A stretch of 32,000 bases of DNA, from contig JBAZYK010000003.1 in the NCBI GenBank assembly GCA_041659405.1, positions 127,651-159,650 on the forward strand, written 5' to 3'. Below the pieces are notes generated by a model. It searched no databases. It saw only the letters and a program-made list of their open reading frames with translations, and was not told the origin of the DNA. Source of the DNA: Candidatus Altimarinota bacterium. GTDB lineage: Bacteria > Patescibacteriota > Gracilibacteria > UBA1369. Position 1 is the first letter of the stretch. Each line of letters opens with the position of its first letter. Shown here in pieces: positions 1 through 7,715 of the stretch. The translations under genes and the position numbers were made by a program.

Positions 1-11
1 ACTCTTCAGCC

Positions 12-2261
12 ATGACCGGAACCGAACATGAATCCGAAGTTGAAGGCCCCCCCGAAAATCAAAGCTCTTCTAACCTGATCGCCCAAGTTTTAACACCGGA
101 AACTCTTGCCGATTTTTACGACAATGAAGGACCACTTTCCAAGATCATGGAAGAATACGAAACCCGTCCGCTCCAAAAACTGATGAGTGAAAAAATTCTT
201 GATGCTTTTCAAAAAAGTCATTCTGCTCTGATTGAAGCCGGAACCGGCACCGGGAAAACCGCCGCTTATCTTTTAAGCAGCGCCATCTGGAATCAATCTA
301 CGCAGCAAAAAATCGTTATTTCCACCTACACTCACAATCTGCAAAATCAAATTTTGGAAAAGGATTTGCCGCTGGTGGAAAAGGCGCTCCAACAAATCGA
401 TCCGAATTTAAAACTAAAAGTTGCCATTTTAAAAGGACGCAAAAATTATCTTTCCCTAAAACGGCTTGAGCAATTCATGAAAAAGGATTTTCTTGAAGAA
501 TCCGAAGTTATTTTTTTGATGAAGGTCATTTTGTGGATCACACGCGCCGATCAAGGCGCGAATCATGCCACCCAAAGCCAAAACACTGCACAATCTCATG
601 AAACTCAAACCACCAACCCCGCTCGGCCATTTACCGGCGACCTGACGGAATTAACCCTGCAAGGCCGGGAATTTATGCTCATCGACGAAATTTGTTGTAT
701 GGATCACGTTTGTCCGCATGACGACATGGCCTACAAATCAGGCTGCTATTTGATAAAAGCACGCGCAGCCGCGGAACAAGCCGATTTTATCATCATCAAT
801 CACGCCATACTCATTCAAAATGAAATCAGCGAATCGCCACTTTTGCCCGAATACAACTATTTAATTGTTGATGAGGCCCATCATCTGGAAAAAATCACCA
901 CCGACGCGTTGACCATAACGCTGACGCTTAACATGTTTTTGCGGCCTTTTCAGAAAATCGAAAAAATTCTGCATTTGATCAACGACCCAAAGCAAAATGG
1001 CGATAATCTTAGCCAGCTGAAAAACGAAATCAATCATTTAATGAATCGCGTTGAAATCTTTTTTGGCTTGATTGGGATCTTTTTGGAAAAAGAAATGGAT
1101 ATGTTTCAATTTCAATATGAACTGAATCTGACTTCTAACAGACTTAATTCCGCCGACTGGCTTAAGGTAATGGATTCCGCCAAATCGGTCACAAGTCTTG
1201 GCGCGGAAGTTCTGACCAAAATTAAAAATTATCTTAATACTTTAGAAGGTCAGGTAGAAATTCAAACAGAACTTCTTCCGGAAACGGAAAACTCCTCAAA
1301 CCTGCGCGGGTCCAAGAACTCCTTCAAAAACATGATCGCCGATTTTAAATCCGGCCTTTATGAAAGTGAAAAACGCATTATCGACCTGAAAAAAGTCCTG
1401 CTTTCTGAAACTAAGCACAATGACATCACCTGGATTTTTAAAAGCCCGGAAGAGAGTATTGGGCTTAAATGCGCGCCACTTTCCATTGGCGAAAATCTGC
1501 ACACCATGCTTTTTGGCAAAAAGAAAAGCATCATTTTGACTTCGGCCACACTGCGCACCAACGGCAATTTCAATTACATTCGCGGTCAACTTTCGCTTAA
1601 CAAGGATTTTCAGGAGCTCACACTCCCCTCTCATTTTTCCTATCCCGATCTGGTCAAAATTATTATTCCGGAAGATCTGCCAGAACCGGCTACAGAAGGC
1701 TATTTTTTAAGCTGCGCCAATTTGATTTACGAAATCATCAAAAAAAATGGTGGCCGGACTTTAGCGCTTTTCACTTCTAAAAAAGCCCTTGCCGCAACAT
1801 TTCATCAAATCGCCCCAAAATTAAAAGCCGATGGATTCACGCTGCTTGCCCAAAACATGACCGGCGGCCGCGGCAAAATTCTGGAACATTTTAAGGATGA
1901 ACCCGACAAATGCGCCATTTTGGGAACAGCCAGTTTTTGGGAAGGTGTGGATATTAAAGGCAGCGACCTGACTTGCGTAATCATGCAAAAACTTCCCTTT
2001 GATCCACCGGACGATCCGATCATTGCCGCAAGATCCAGAAAGTATGTAGACGCTTTTAACGACTACCAGGTACCACGTGCCATTTTGCGCTTTAAACAGG
2101 GCTTTGGCAGACTTATCCGCAGCAGCAAAGATACCGGCAGCATTGTAATTTTAGATACCCGCCTACTTCAAAAATCCTACGGCCACAAATTCCTGGAGTC
2201 ACTCCCGGAGGGCATCAAAATTCTCTACGGCACCAAAAACAACCTGGCGGATTTGCTGTAG
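12..2261 (+). CDS. dinG: DinG/XPD-family superfamily-2 ATP-dependent DNA helicase
   Basis: 749-aa ORF with an ATG start. Walker A 'EAGTGTGKT', DEAH box 'LIVDEAHHLEK', and C-terminal helicase motifs ('LGTASFWEGVDI', 'FKQGFGRLIRS'). A Cys228/229/234/245 cluster lies between motifs I and II, consistent with the 4Fe-4S domain of this family. Confidence 0.85.
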   Translation: MTGTEHESEVEGPPENQSSSNLIAQVLTPETLADFYDNEGPLSKIMEEYETRPLQKLMSEKILDAFQKSHSALIEAGTGTGKTAAYLLSSAIWNQSTQQKIVISTYTHNLQNQILEKDLPLVEKALQQIDPNLKLKVAILKGRKNYLSLKRLEQFMKKDFLEESEVIFLMKVILWITRADQGANHATQSQNTAQSHETQTTNPARPFTGDLTELTLQGREFMLIDEICCMDHVCPHDDMAYKSGCYLIKARAAAEQADFIIINHAILIQNEISESPLLPEYNYLIVDEAHHLEKITTDALTITLTLNMFLRPFQKIEKILHLINDPKQNGDNLSQLKNEINHLMNRVEIFFGLIGIFLEKEMDMFQFQYELNLTSNRLNSADWLKVMDSAKSVTSLGAEVLTKIKNYLNTLEGQVEIQTELLPETENSSNLRGSKNSFKNMIADFKSGLYESEKRIIDLKKVLLSETKHNDITWIFKSPEESIGLKCAPLSIGENLHTMLFGKKKSIILTSATLRTNGNFNYIRGQLSLNKDFQELTLPSHFSYPDLVKIIIPEDLPEPATEGYFLSCANLIYEIIKKNGGRTLALFTSKKALAATFHQIAPKLKADGFTLLAQNMTGGRGKILEHFKDEPDKCAILGTASFWEGVDIKGSDLTCVIMQKLPFDPPDDPIIAARSRKYVDAFNDYQVPRAILRFKQGFGRLIRSSKDTGSIVILDTRLLQKSYGHKFLESLPEGIKILYGTKNNLADLL

Positions 2262-2309
2262 CTTCACCCAGGATAGAAAGAGGCGCCTCGTACGTGATTG
2301 TCGATATTT

Positions 2310-3209
2310 TTAATTTGACTGACCTTTTGGAGGATGTAAAACAGAAATAGCTCCATATACTGCAACTATTTCATCGATTTCACTTGGCGATGAATCATCT
2401 ATGTTTTCACCTGCCGCTTTCGTAACAGCTTCTTTTTTCATCTCTTGGATTACCACTTCATACTTTTTCAAAACACAATCATTATTTGGATCAATTTGAA
2501 AACCATTTTCATAAGCTACTTTTGCCCTTGCCCATTCACCATACTTAAACAACAAATCACCATAAAAAAAGCATAGAGCGGAAGATTTTGGATTCATTTC
2601 AAGTGCCATTTTAATATGCTTAAAAGCATCCGGAAAATCTCCCATCATGTCAAAATATTGAGCAAGTTCAAAATAAATATAGGGATTATTGGGATCAAGC
2701 AGCAAAATTTGGTCAAAACATTCAACCAGGTTTTCAGTATCTCCTAATGTTTTATAAATATTGGCGAGTTTCAATAATGTATTTTTTCTTCCTTCCAAAG
2801 AAATAGCTTTCTCCAGAGCAAAAGTAAAAATATTAATAGCGCTTTCAAAATCTCCATCCTTCAAATATAAACCTCCCAAGCGCGCAAGACGAGGATAAGT
2901 AGGCTGCGCATCAATTAAATACGCCAAATTTGTAATTCGGGCTTCAATAAATTCCGGCACAACTTTTGCCACCATCCAAAAAACCTCCTCCAAAAGATCA
3001 GCCAAAACCGGACCACACTGCTCCAGCGCGGTATCAATGTCCATTCCTACCATTAAATCAAGATCATCCCTCTTTCTGCATAAAAACTTCATCAAAGCAG
3101 GATCATTTTCGGCTTTTGCCATTATGGTTCCTATAACATTAGGATCAACCACAAATTCCAAGTGGGAAATTTCATCCGGAGAAAAAGACTGATCAAGAAT
3201 CTGGCCCAT
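2310..3209 (-). CDS. TPR-repeat protein, function unknown
   Basis: 299-aa ORF with an ATG start. The C-terminal two thirds contain consecutive 34-aa TPR-like units (e.g. 'LANIYKTLGDTENLVECFDQILLLDPNN', 'ELAQYFDMMGDFPDAFKHIKMALEMNPKS', 'GDLLFKYGEWARAKVAYENGFQIDPNN'). I do not recognise the N-terminal ~100 aa. Confidence 0.7.
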   Translation of the reverse strand: MGQILDQSFSPDEISHLEFVVDPNVIGTIMAKAENDPALMKFLCRKRDDLDLMVGMDIDTALEQCGPVLADLLEEVFWMVAKVVPEFIEARITNLAYLIDAQPTYPRLARLGGLYLKDGDFESAINIFTFALEKAISLEGRKNTLLKLANIYKTLGDTENLVECFDQILLLDPNNPYIYFELAQYFDMMGDFPDAFKHIKMALEMNPKSSALCFFYGDLLFKYGEWARAKVAYENGFQIDPNNDCVLKKYEVVIQEMKKEAVTKAAGENIDDSSPSEIDEIVAVYGAISVLHPPKGQSN

Positions 3210-3297
3210 TTTAGATATTTAAAACTTACAGGAGTGCAATTATAAGCCGAAAGGCCATAAAGTCAAGCCACTGGAAGCCCTTTCAAGGCCCCTTTTC

Positions 3298-3325
3298 TTG
3301 CAAAACGCCCGTTTTAGCCTATAAT
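3298..3325 (+). promoter_or_regulatory. Candidate sigma70-type promoter for the lemA operon
   Basis: -35 'TTGCAA' (3298-3303), a 16-nt spacer, and a perfect -10 'TATAAT' (3320-3325), 25 nt upstream of the lemA ATG. Confidence 0.4.
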
Positions 3326-3350
3326 TATCACGATTTTTTAACCTTAAAAT

Positions 3351-3917
3351 ATGTCTACAACCATTTGGATCATTTTAGGAATAGTTGTCCTAATAGTTAT
3401 CTTTGCAATCGGCATCTACAACGGTCTTATTCAGCTTAAAAACAAGGTGGACGAAGCCTGGGCTGACATCGAGACACAACTCAAACGTCGTTATGACCTT
3501 ATCCCAAACATCGTAGAAACTGTCAAAGGTTATGCCACTCACGAAAAAGGCACTTTGGAAGAAGTGACCAAAGCCCGCTCGGCAGCCATGGGCGCAGGAA
3601 CTATGGAAGATAAAGCTCAAGCGGAAAATATGCTTTCCGGAACCTTAAAATCACTCTTTGCACTTTCCGAAAACTATCCACAATTACAGGCAAACCAGAA
3701 CTTTTTGGATCTTCAACAAACTTTAAAACAAGTGGAAGAACAACTTCAACTTTCACGCCGTTATTACAACGCTACAGTTCGTGATTTCAACGTTAAAATT
3801 GAAGTTTTCCCAAACAACGTTTTTGCCGGTATGTTCAACTTTACCAAACGTTCATTCTTTGAAGTTGGATCTGAAACTGAACGCGAAAACGTAAAAGTTT
3901 CTTTTGATGCCAAATAA
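3351..3917 (+). CDS. lemA: LemA family membrane protein
   Basis: 188 aa. N-terminal TM helix 'IWIILGIVVLIVIFAIGIY' followed by the characteristic LemA block 'YNGLIQLKNKVDEAWADIETQLKRRYDLIPNIVETVKGYATHEKGTLEEVTKAR ... RRYYNATVRDFNVKIEVFPNNVFAGMF'. Confidence 0.9.
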   Translation: MSTTIWIILGIVVLIVIFAIGIYNGLIQLKNKVDEAWADIETQLKRRYDLIPNIVETVKGYATHEKGTLEEVTKARSAAMGAGTMEDKAQAENMLSGTLKSLFALSENYPQLQANQNFLDLQQTLKQVEEQLQLSRRYYNATVRDFNVKIEVFPNNVFAGMFNFTKRSFFEVGSETERENVKVSFDAK

Positions 3918-5784
3918 GCCACTTTTGAACGAAGAACAAAAAGCGAAACTTACCAGGGCCGTCCGGGACGCCAAACAAAATACCTTCTTCAACGGAGGTA
4001 TTATTGCTTTTTTCCTGATAATTTTTGCCATCGGCTTTGTTACATTTGGCTGGCTGATGTACATGCAATGGCAATCCTCCAATACATCTACACAAAATAA
4101 CTGGAAAATCCCCGAATTCAAAGTAAACATGGATATTTACCAGGACGGCCGGACCTTTATTACCGAAAACATTCAAGCGGACTTCAGCCAAGAAAAGCAT
4201 CACGGCATTTTCCGCTACATTCCTCTTTATTATAATGACGATCAAAACCAGAAAATGGATCTGGGAATATATCTTCAAACCATTAGGGATGAAATAGGCA
4301 AAATCTGGACATACGACCAAAGTTATCTTCAGGATTCGATCTACTTAAAAATTGGCGATGCTAATGTTTATCTTAATTCGCTGGAAACTTATATTATAGA
4401 TTATCAGGTCAATCACGCCATTCGTTACTATAAGGATCACGATGAAATTTATTGGAACATCACCGGAAACGATTGGCCGGTAGCGATTGAACACACCGAA
4501 GCAAGCATTACCCTGCCAAAAGACCTGGCTGAAAAAGATTTAAAATTCACCTGTTTTACGGGGATAACCGGATCAAAAGACCAAAATTGCACACACAGTA
4601 TTGAAAAAGCCGAAGATGGCAGCCAAATTTTCACCTTTAAAGCTGATAACCTGAAAACTTTGGAAGGTTTAACTGTGGCAGTTGGCTTTCCTAAAGGTGT
4701 TATAAACGAAATCGCACCGGTTCCTTACCAAAGTGATTCATATTACCAGGGCTCTTCAAACGGAGACAATACACCAAATTGGACCATGATCTTCCTGGAA
4801 ATTTTTGTCCTGCCATTTTTGCTTTCCATTATTTACACAATTTTGTGGTTTAAAAATGGACGTGATCCCAAAGCAGATAAAACGGCCATCATGCCAATTT
4901 ATACGCCTCCGGCGGATTTAACCCCGGCAGAAATTGGTGCTTTGGTTAAAGATTATGTTGAAGAAAAAGACCTTTCCGCCACCATTGTGGATTTATGCGT
5001 GCGAGGTTATATGAAAATAAAAGAACTGGCCAACCACGATTTCCAGTTTATAAAATTAAAAGATTTTGCCAAAGATAATTCCTTGAAAGATTATGAAAGA
5101 GAGTTACTGCACAGCCTTTTTAAGGATTTCGATAAACGCAAGTTGAGCAGTTTAAAACAACATTTTTCTCAAAGTTTTGCGAAGATCAAAAAAATTATTT
5201 ATGAAAATTTAATTAAAAAAGGATTTTATGATTCTTCACCAGAAAAAATCATCGATAAATTCCAGGGATTGGGTATTGCCTTTATTTTCTTTGGAATATT
5301 TTTTATAGCTCCGGTCTCTTTGTGGATTAGCGGAAGCCTTATTTTGAGCGGAATTTTATCGGGCATTTTTGCTAAAATAATGCCACGCAAAACCAAAGCG
5401 GGAGTCAATATGCGTCAACAAATTTTGGGTCTGGAAGAATATATTAAAACTGCCGAAACCGATCGAATCAAATTTCAGGAAAAGGAAAATCTGTTCGAGA
5501 AACTGCTGCCCTATGCCATGGTTTTGGGCTTAACCGACAAGTGGACCAAAGCTTTTGCCGGCATTACCACTACCCCACCGGAGTGGTACGAAACCACAAG
5601 CTCCAGATCGATGGTCTTTTCCACGGACGTCTTCCTTTCGAATCTAAATGTAATGAGCACCAGCATCAGTGCAACCTTTTCAGCTCCGGCACCTTCCCAC
5701 GGCAGCGCCTTTGGAGGCGGTGGTGGCGGAGGCGGTGGATCTTCCGGCGGCGGAGGAGGCGGCGGTGGTGGTGGAGCGTGGTAA
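3907..5784 (+). CDS. DUF2207-family membrane protein, paralog A (N-terminal TM anchor, Gly-rich C-terminal tail)
   Basis: The ORF track starts at TTG 3904. The first ATG is 3907, which overlaps the lemA stop by 11 nt. Architecture: N-terminal TM, ectodomain motifs 'HHGIFRYIP' and 'HDEIYWNITGNDW', a TM plus 'WFKNGRDP', a cytoplasmic domain, further TMs, 'TAETDRIKFQEKENLFEKLLPYAM', and a terminal 'GGGGGGGGSSGGGGGGGGGGAW'. This layout is typical of DUF2207. Confidence 0.8.
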   Translation: MPNKPLLNEEQKAKLTRAVRDAKQNTFFNGGIIAFFLIIFAIGFVTFGWLMYMQWQSSNTSTQNNWKIPEFKVNMDIYQDGRTFITENIQADFSQEKHHGIFRYIPLYYNDDQNQKMDLGIYLQTIRDEIGKIWTYDQSYLQDSIYLKIGDANVYLNSLETYIIDYQVNHAIRYYKDHDEIYWNITGNDWPVAIEHTEASITLPKDLAEKDLKFTCFTGITGSKDQNCTHSIEKAEDGSQIFTFKADNLKTLEGLTVAVGFPKGVINEIAPVPYQSDSYYQGSSNGDNTPNWTMIFLEIFVLPFLLSIIYTILWFKNGRDPKADKTAIMPIYTPPADLTPAEIGALVKDYVEEKDLSATIVDLCVRGYMKIKELANHDFQFIKLKDFAKDNSLKDYERELLHSLFKDFDKRKLSSLKQHFSQSFAKIKKIIYENLIKKGFYDSSPEKIIDKFQGLGIAFIFFGIFFIAPVSLWISGSLILSGILSGIFAKIMPRKTKAGVNMRQQILGLEEYIKTAETDRIKFQEKENLFEKLLPYAMVLGLTDKWTKAFAGITTTPPEWYETTSSRSMVFSTDVFLSNLNVMSTSISATFSAPAPSHGSAFGGGGGGGGGSSGGGGGGGGGGAW

Positions 5785-5786
5785 CA

Positions 5787-5851
5787 GATCGCTGAAAGCG
5801 ATCCGCGCCCGCCCTAAAGCGGGCATAGCAAATAACTATCGCGCAGCGATA
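5787..5851 (+). other. Three consecutive GC-rich stem-loops in the DUF2207A-DUF2207B spacer
   Basis: GATCGCT-gaa-AGCGATC (5787-5803), GCCCGC-cctaaa-GCGGGC (5807-5824) and TATCGC-gca-GCGATA (5837-5851). None is followed by a U-tract. They begin 3 nt after the stop codon. Confidence 0.4.
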
Positions 5852-5887
5852 CATTATCAAAAACGAAAATTCATTTAATACCCCCCC

Positions 5888-7711
5888 ATGAAACTCACAA
5901 AAAAAATTGCGGCAGGAATAATTCTGATACTTACAATAACCCTGATATCCGCATTACATATTGGAAGTACAAATATCACAAAAGCCCAAGATTCCACATC
6001 TTTTGATGATTTTTCTTCTGATGTTACCTCCCCGGATTCCACCAATGATTGGAGCATCACAAATTTTGATGCCGATATTCAGGTTCAAAAAGACGGCTCC
6101 GTGTTGGTCGATGAGACAATCACTACCGACTTTCCACCGGAAAGTGAACACCATGGCATTTTCCGCTTTATACCAATTAATTATAAAGACGATTTTGGCA
6201 ATAATGTCTCAATCAAGCTAAAAGTTTTAAGTATCCAAGATACCAAAGGCAACGAATGGCCTTATGAAACCTCTTATTCCGGACAAAATATTACGTTAAA
6301 AATCGGTGATCCGGACAAAATAATTCATGGACAAAATATTTACAAAATAACTTATCAGGTTGATCGCGCACTTTTGTTTTTAAAAGATCACGATGAACTT
6401 TATTGGAACATCACCGGTGATCAATGGGAAACAGACATCCAAAAAGCCAGTGCCACCATTACCGTTCCTGCGGAAATTCAACAAAAAGATTTAAAAGCGG
6501 ATTGTTATACCGGCGCTTACGGCTCAACCGACAAAAAATGCGACCTTAAAATTCAAGATAATACCACAACGGTAACTTCAACTACCGACTTTAAATATGG
6601 TGAAGGCCTTACAGTGGCCGTTGCTTTCCCAAAAGGAATTATTAAAGAGCCAACCGCCCAGGAAAAAATTACGTGGTTTTTAGCAGACAACTGGGGGTAT
6701 TTCTTGCCGGTAATTGCCTTTATCGCCCTCTTTTCCCTTTGGTTCACACGCGGTCGTGATCCTAAAGAAGGCGTAAAAACGACCATAATGCCTTATTATG
6801 AAGCTCCGGATAATTTAACCCCCAGTGAAATTGGAACCCTGGTCGATGAAAAAGCCGATATGCAAGATATTACCTCCACAATTATTGATATGGCCGTGCG
6901 GGGGTATCTTAAAATTATCGAAATCCAGGAGAAAAAAATAATTTTCAACAAAACCGATTACGAACTGGAATTACAACAAGAATTTGAAAACGACAACAAA
7001 GTCCAGGAGCACGAAAAAGCTGTTCTAAGAGCCATTTTTGATGCTTCAAACAACTCAAAAGGAGCAAAAGTTAAACTCTCTACACTCGCCAATAAATTTT
7101 ACATGTTTATCCCGGGTATCAAAAAAAATATTTATGAATTAACGGTATCTAAAGGTTATTTCCCGGTAAATCCGGACAACGTTCGCAAAATATATTTAGG
7201 TGTTGGTATCGGTTTAATTGTTTTGGGATTTTTCAGTTTTATGTATTTCTCGAATGGCGGTTCTGTTTCAGTCCCCATTGGACTTGTTTTAAGTGGGTTG
7301 ATCATCATAATTTTTTCCAATTTCATGCCGATCAAAACCAAAAAAGGAGTTGAGATCTATTACAAAATAAAAGGCCTGAAAGAGTTCATCAATACTGCCG
7401 AAGCCGATCGCCTTAAATTCCAGGAAAAAGAAAATCTGTTCGAAAAACTGCTTCCTTATGCCATGGCCCTTGGAATTGCCGAAAAATGGTCCAAAGCTTT
7501 TGAAGGAATCTATAAAAATCCCCCAAGCTGGTATCAAAGCAGCAATCCAAACTTCATGAACAATTTTTCCACTTATTATTTTGTTCATAGCCTGAATTCG
7601 TTTTCCAACACAATGCAACAAACCCTGGCCTCCACTCCAAAATCATCCGGCGGAATTGGCGGAGGCTTTTCCGGTGGCGGCTTTGGCGGCGGCGGCGGCG
7701 GCGCGTGGTAG
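5888..7711 (+). CDS. DUF2207-family membrane protein, paralog B (cleavable signal peptide, Gly-rich C-terminal tail)
   Basis: 607 aa. Signal-like N-terminus 'MKLTKKIAAGIILILTITLISALHIG'. Same motif set as paralog A ('HHGIFRFIP', 'HDELYWNITGDQW', 'WFTRGRDP', 'TAEADRLKFQEKENLFEKLLPYAM'). Ends 'GGGFSGGGFGGGGGGAW'. Confidence 0.85.
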   Translation: MKLTKKIAAGIILILTITLISALHIGSTNITKAQDSTSFDDFSSDVTSPDSTNDWSITNFDADIQVQKDGSVLVDETITTDFPPESEHHGIFRFIPINYKDDFGNNVSIKLKVLSIQDTKGNEWPYETSYSGQNITLKIGDPDKIIHGQNIYKITYQVDRALLFLKDHDELYWNITGDQWETDIQKASATITVPAEIQQKDLKADCYTGAYGSTDKKCDLKIQDNTTTVTSTTDFKYGEGLTVAVAFPKGIIKEPTAQEKITWFLADNWGYFLPVIAFIALFSLWFTRGRDPKEGVKTTIMPYYEAPDNLTPSEIGTLVDEKADMQDITSTIIDMAVRGYLKIIEIQEKKIIFNKTDYELELQQEFENDNKVQEHEKAVLRAIFDASNNSKGAKVKLSTLANKFYMFIPGIKKNIYELTVSKGYFPVNPDNVRKIYLGVGIGLIVLGFFSFMYFSNGGSVSVPIGLVLSGLIIIIFSNFMPIKTKKGVEIYYKIKGLKEFINTAEADRLKFQEKENLFEKLLPYAMALGIAEKWSKAFEGIYKNPPSWYQSSNPNFMNNFSTYYFVHSLNSFSNTMQQTLASTPKSSGGIGGGFSGGGFGGGGGGAW

Positions 7712-7715
7712 AGGC

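Noticed and set aside
1296-2023. Minus-strand ORFs nested in dinG (1296-1634, 1358-1573, 1805-2023), and similar nested ORFs in uvrB, nrdJ and the PDA gene.
   Set aside because: All lie inside strongly supported genes on the opposite strand or in another frame, and show no motifs.
2280-2289. Perfect 10-bp palindrome GAGGCGCCTC between the convergent dinG and TPR genes, considered as a terminator.
   Set aside because: It leaves no loop, there is no adjacent U-tract on either strand, and it is too short to call as a terminator or operator with any confidence.
5541-5878. ORFs 5541-5795(+), 5669-5878(+) and 5666-5860(-) with R/W/A-rich products.
   Set aside because: They are frame-shifted readings of the GGN-repeat tract encoding the poly-Gly tail of DUF2207-A and of the GC-rich hairpin spacer. 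Their composition is not protein-like.
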